Shown: piece after piece, positions 48,416 to 53,357 of the stretch
Position numbering within the stretch: position 1 is the first letter of the stretch
Layout of the letters: every line of letters starts with the position of its first letter
Origin: Chiloscyllium plagiosum
Lineage: Eukaryota
Direction: 5' to 3'
DNA length: 53,357 nt
NCBI RefSeq assembly: GCF_004010195.1
Contig: NC_057752.1
Coordinates: forward strand, 5,249,936-5,303,292
The notes under the pieces: generated by a model
Databases searched by the model: none
What the model was told of the DNA's origin: nothing
The model's input: only the letters and a program-made list of their open reading frames with translations
Position numbers and translations under genes: made by a program

Positions 48416-49047
48416 TTGAACCAGATCTGTATCCAAATGGCTAGTTCTTCCTGTATTCCGTGAGATCTAACCATGCTAATCCGTCTCCAATGGGGAACCT
48501 TGTTGAACGCCTTACTGAAGTCCATATAGATCACATCTACCGCTCTGCCCTCATCAATCCTCTTTGTTACTTCATCAAAAAACTCAATCAAGTTTGTGAG
48601 ACATGATTTCCCGCACATAAAGCCATGTTGATTATCCCTAATCGGTCCTTGCCTTTCCAAATACATGTACATCCTGTCTATCAGGATTCCCTCCAACAAC
48701 TTGCCCACCGCCGATGTCAGGCTCACCGGTCTGTAGTTCCCTGGCTTGTCCTTAACATCCTTCTTAAACAGTGGCACCATGTTAGCCAACCTCCAGTCTT
48801 CCGGCACCTCACCTGTGACTATCAATGATACAAATATCTCAGCAAGAACCCAGTAATCACTTCTCTAGCTTCCCACAGAGTTCTGGGGTACACCTGATCA
48901 GGTCCTGGGGATTTATCCACTTTTATGCGTTTCAAGACTTCCAGCACTTGCTCCTCTGTAATCTGGACATTTTGCAAGATGTCACCATCTATTTCCCTAC
49001 AGTCTATATCTTCCATATCCTTTTCCACAGTAAATACTGATGCAAAA
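48416..49047 (-). mobile_element. CR1 RT fragment, same subfamily as 27450-28070
   Basis: PEDWRLANMVPLFKK...NYRPVSLTS...DFSKAF and KSPGPDQVYPRTLWEARE. Confidence 0.9.
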
Positions 49048-50669
49048 TTGTGTTAAATTATATATGATGCTGTTTCTGTAAAGCCTGTAAAACATTTAAC
49101 GAAGTTAAATGCACAGCGCAAATGCAAGTTGCTATTGTGACTTCTTGCAACACATCACTTTGACCATGTTTTTAATGTGTATGTGTCCGTCTAGTCTCCC
49201 TGATCAAAATATTCAGATACTCTCTATATGTAAATATAGGTTGTAGAACTTTAACATGCACTCAAATGTCAGTCCTGATTATAATATCGAAAGCATCCAT
49301 TTTCAGTTAAATGTTGAGCCAAGAATGCATATTCCCATTTCAATATAGCAATGTTCCTTCCTCAACCAAAAACATTATCTGGTTCATCTCATTCTTACTG
49401 AATGCAAAATAATTGTCACATTGCTGACACATGTCAGTATATTTCAAATTAATTCATTGTCTGAAATCCTTGTTTGGAAAAGCTTGGAGATAAGGAACTA
49501 TATAATGCAGGTCTTTCTTTCAGTGTTGACCATTGAAAAGCATATGACTTTTATTCTGAATAAAGAAAAACTGTGCCTTCTCTCTGTTTTTCTCTCTCTC
49601 CACCACCAAGTCTCTCCTTTCTGAGTTGCAGTGTTTGGAATGAGTGAGTTCAATGAATGGTATGAGTTGAGAAAAGCTGTTAATTTAAAGAAACAGGAAG
49701 CGTTGCCATCTTCTCAACTCTATTTCTCTCATGTCAGCTGGAGGCTGACTGATCTGAGAAGTCATGGAAGGTTTGAACAGATAAGTCATTTGAAGATGCA
49801 CTGTGCGAACACATCAATAAACTCTGCAACAGCAAAATCGTGCATATTTTGACTTCTGTTAACATAAAACATGCCGAATAGCATTGTGAAAAGGAAGATT
49901 GGAGAACAAACAGGATTGATGAGATGTTACTAATGCAGAGATTGTCTTGGGGTTTCAAAATGGAGTTCTTTGGCTCAAGTAGAAGTAGGAAAGAGAGTGT
50001 TATGAGCTGGTCAACAAGGTTTTTTTTTGGGGAAGTTTTTGAAGCTGGAGGGGAGAGAAGAGGAAAACTAAATTGGGAAGAAAATTCCAGTGTGCAGAAA
50101 TGGGTTGGAATGCAGTTTTCCACTGAAATTGAGGTGGAGAAGGGAGCATACAGTAAACAGTATCAGAAGTGTTATGCCACCAACAGGGAGAACATTATTG
50201 GATTGGGCTATTGCATTAGAGCCTGTGTTTTAGGATTGGAATCATAGATAAGTGTTTTACTGTGGAACAGTGGGAATAGGAGGATGAGAGATCTGTTGGG
50301 ATTGACTAAGTCAAAAGTGCAGACAAAGCAGCAGTGCAAGGTAACAGTTGATGCATTGTAAGTTGTGGAATACCAGAAGAGTAGTCTTGAGTTGCAGACA
50401 ACTAGTGAAGGATTTGAGGGTAGTTTTGAAAAAGCCATGAGGGATGATAGCCATTGAGATGCTCAATGCTGAGGACTCAGGGGATAAATCTCTAGATCTC
50501 ATCGAGTCCATGTCACTATCACGTTGGGGATCATTATAGAATGTGCAGGGAGTTGGAGCAATTCAGTGTGTATTGAAACCAGTTATCACCAGTGCGCTCA
50601 ATTTTTGGTCTAGCTGATCTCCTCAATAGAGTCTTTCAAGCTACTTTGTGAATGAGAAGGGCCTTATTA

Positions 50670-51665
50670 GCAAGGGAATGGGCATATTGCAGAATAATGC
50701 AAGAGGGATAGAGGGAAATCTGGCTGTCTGGCCCAAAGAAGACAGAGTGTGGTGGTAGATGGAAAGTATTTAGCCTGATGCTCGGTGACCAGTAGTGTTC
50801 CTCGGGGATCAGTTCTGGGACCTCTACTCTTTGTGATTTTTATACATGACTTGGATGAGGAAGTGGAAGGGTGGGTTAGTGAGTTTGCTGATGACACAAA
50901 GGTTGGTGGAGTTGCGGATAGTGTGGAAGGCTGTTGTAGCTAACAATGAGACATTGACAGGATGCAGAACTGGGCTGATAAGTGGCAGATGGAGTTCAGC
51001 CTGGAAAAGTGTGAAGTGATTCACTTTGGAAGGTCAAATTTGAATGCAGAATACAGGGTTAAAGGCAGGATTCTTGTCAGTGGGGAGGAACAGAGGGATC
51101 TTGGAGTCCATCTCCATAGATCCCTCAAAGTTGCCATCCAAGTTGATAGGATTGTTAAGAAGGCATATGGTGCATGGGCTTTCATTAGCAAGTTCAAAAG
51201 CTGCAAGGTTATGCTGCACCTCTATAGAGCCCTGGTTAGACCACAATTGGAATATTGTGTTCAGTTCTGATTGTCTCATTGTAGGAAAGATGGGGAAGTT
51301 TTAGAGAGGATGCAGAGGAGGTTTACCAGCATGCTGTCTGGACTGGAGGGCATGTCTTGTGAAGTAAGGTTGAGGGAGCTGGTGCTCATTGGAGTGAAGA
51401 GTGTCATGAGGGGGCACATTTTTAAGGTGATTGGAGGAAGGTTTGGGGAAATGTCAGAGGTGGGTTCTTTACTCAGAGCATGGAATGCACTGCCAGCAGT
51501 GTTAGTAGAGTTAGATACATTAGGGACATTTTAAGTGATGCTTGGATAGGCATACAGAAGACAGTACAATGAAGGATATGTAGGTTAGTTTGGACTTAGA
51601 GTAGGATAAAAGGCCGGCACGACATCAAGGACCAAAGAGCCTGAACTGTTCTGTGTTCTTTGTTC
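50670..51665 (+). mobile_element. CR1 RT C-terminus and 3' UTR
   Basis: FADDTK-region DNA, WADKWQMEF, LYRALVRPQLEYCVQF. Confidence 0.88.
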
Positions 51666-52172
51666 TCAATGCATGAATGTAACCTTTGGCAGAGGGAGTG
51701 AGTGTGGTTTAATGGGAAGCTGGGTTGAAGGAATCTAATTCTGGTAGTGACTTGAGTAGAATGTGTGTCATATTGATGGGTGAAATAGTTGAGAATCCTG
51801 TTCTGAGAAACTTGCAGTAGGTGCTATTAAGGATGGCTGGGTAAGCTCAAAGTGAAATCATGAGTGTCCAAGGAGGGACTTGAATCTGAAGCAGTGACCG
51901 GAAATGAGGTAATTTGTGTGGTAATGACAGATGAGTTGGGATAATTGAAACATGATGCAACAAAATGGTGAAGAGGTAGGAAGAGATCAGGTTTTTGGGG
52001 GTGACTGTGTAGATAGACACAAGATGGAAACTTCCAAGTTAAACATTTGCAAACTATGAATTACTTTAAATGTGGCTATGGAGGTTTATATAGCTTGTCT
52101 CAAGAAATAAGCAGGTGGGGGGATTTGCTGAAGGACTATGAGAGTAGGACAGTGATAACTGAAAACTTGGCT

Positions 52173-53357
52173 TGTTCCATTGTTTCCCCTCTCAGTTGAA
52201 GCAAAATGCTCAGAGACACAGTGTAGTTTTACCTCCTCCATCTTTATTCTGGCCCCTGGAGGGAGAGAGAATGATCACCCATGTGTACAGAGACATGAGT
52301 TCACGGTCTTCACCAGAACAGCAATTTCTCAATGAGCTATATAGTCATTTTACAGGGAGAAGCATCAAGATAAAACAATGTACATGTTAATTGGGTCACC
52401 GTTATAATCAGCGAGACACAACAGTAAAGATTAAGCCATCTGCTGTTACACAATGAATGTTCTTAACCCTGTTACTGGCTTCACATAATGAATGCTTTTC
52501 ACCTTGTTAACTGACATTGCATACTGAATGCTTCCAATATTGTTAAATGGCTCCACATAATGAATGCGTTTCCATCTTGCTAATCTATTACCCTTGCCTC
52601 CAGCATTCCATTGTTAACTGTAAGTTCTTATCTGATCTGAGTCATGCTCAGCGAATGTTTTGTTTCACAAAACTCAGAACTTAACTCTTTCCCTACTTGC
52701 TCATATGCAATACACATTTTCATTCCCTCCTTTTATCATTTCATGATAACCAGTGGCATTACTAGCTTTCATAAGAGTCTGACAATTTATTGACACACAG
52801 CATGCAATGATTACAACAACAAAAATTACTTGTCCGTTCCAGTAAATACAATTTGAAGAATCCTCCCACCTGGGGGAAAACAAATTCACCAGTAAAGCTG
52901 TTAAATCCACAGTCCTTAGTGACCACTCCATCCCCTCCAAGTTGAGTGAAAACAAGCCAGTTCTCCAAAGTCTCCTTTAGTAAAGTCATTCTGAAAACAA
53001 AATTCAGTCTGTTTTCTTGTGCATCACTCCATGGAGAAATCTGAATGCTTGGATAATGGCAGTTAAATACTTAACAAAACTGACGAGACTGTCATCCTTC
53101 CGGAGATGCTTCAGATTTAGGATACCAGCACATCTCAGTGTGTAGTGCTGCAGCTGCAATTACAGGCTAGGTGAATATAGCATTCTTTGCTGCTGCTGCT
53201 TCAGCTCTGCTGTTAAATGTAACAAAGCCAACTGGCTGTTGTGATGTTAGCTTGATCAGTGAACCATCATATCCTTTAAATGATCGAAAGACAAGGTAAA
53301 GTTCAAGTGGTTTAATGTCCGTGGGAAGGCCACTGATAAAAGGCGTACCGACCTCCT
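52173..53357 (-). mobile_element. RBPMS2-carrying LTR element, copy 2 (truncated by the window end)
   Basis: 3' LTR 52173-52722 (TG start after PPT aaaaggagggaa), env-like tail, and internal sequence colinear with 29459-30101. Confidence 0.9.
53071..53357 (-). pseudogene. RBPMS2: Captured RBPMS2 coding sequence, copy 2 (partial)
   Basis: Identical by eye to 29815-30101, with the same deletion junction and the same two premature stops. Confidence 0.88.

Noticed and set aside
49560..50520. Possible downstream exons and ORFs (pyrimidine tracts at 49575 and 49710; ORFs 49734-50123, 49924-50247)
   Set aside because: No convincing acceptor-donor pair continuing the 42176 frame; may be old LINE debris.

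Overview
Repeat-rich, AT-rich vertebrate genomic DNA. The HE1/V-SINEs, CR1 LINEs and Penelope-like elements point to a shark (inference). Most of the window is transposon debris: CR1 fragments, four HE1 SINEs, Penelope-like element (PLE) ends carrying minimal hammerhead ribozyme motifs (often as inverted repeats), a solo LTR and a poly(A) retroposon. The stand-out feature is a non-autonomous ERV-like LTR element on the minus strand (28913-31932; second copy from 52173 to the window end). It has captured an intronless RBPMS2/Hermes (RRM protein) coding sequence between a decayed integrase remnant and an env-like tail, the layout seen in oncogene-transducing retroviruses. The ORF track misses this because the start codon is mutated. 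A TE-free, CpG-retaining region at about 14.4-17 kb looks like a possibly bidirectional promoter, and there is a well-bounded candidate first coding exon at 42155-42452. I cannot identify the host gene. No intact, recognisable host CDS is present. Boundaries of decayed repeats are approximate.
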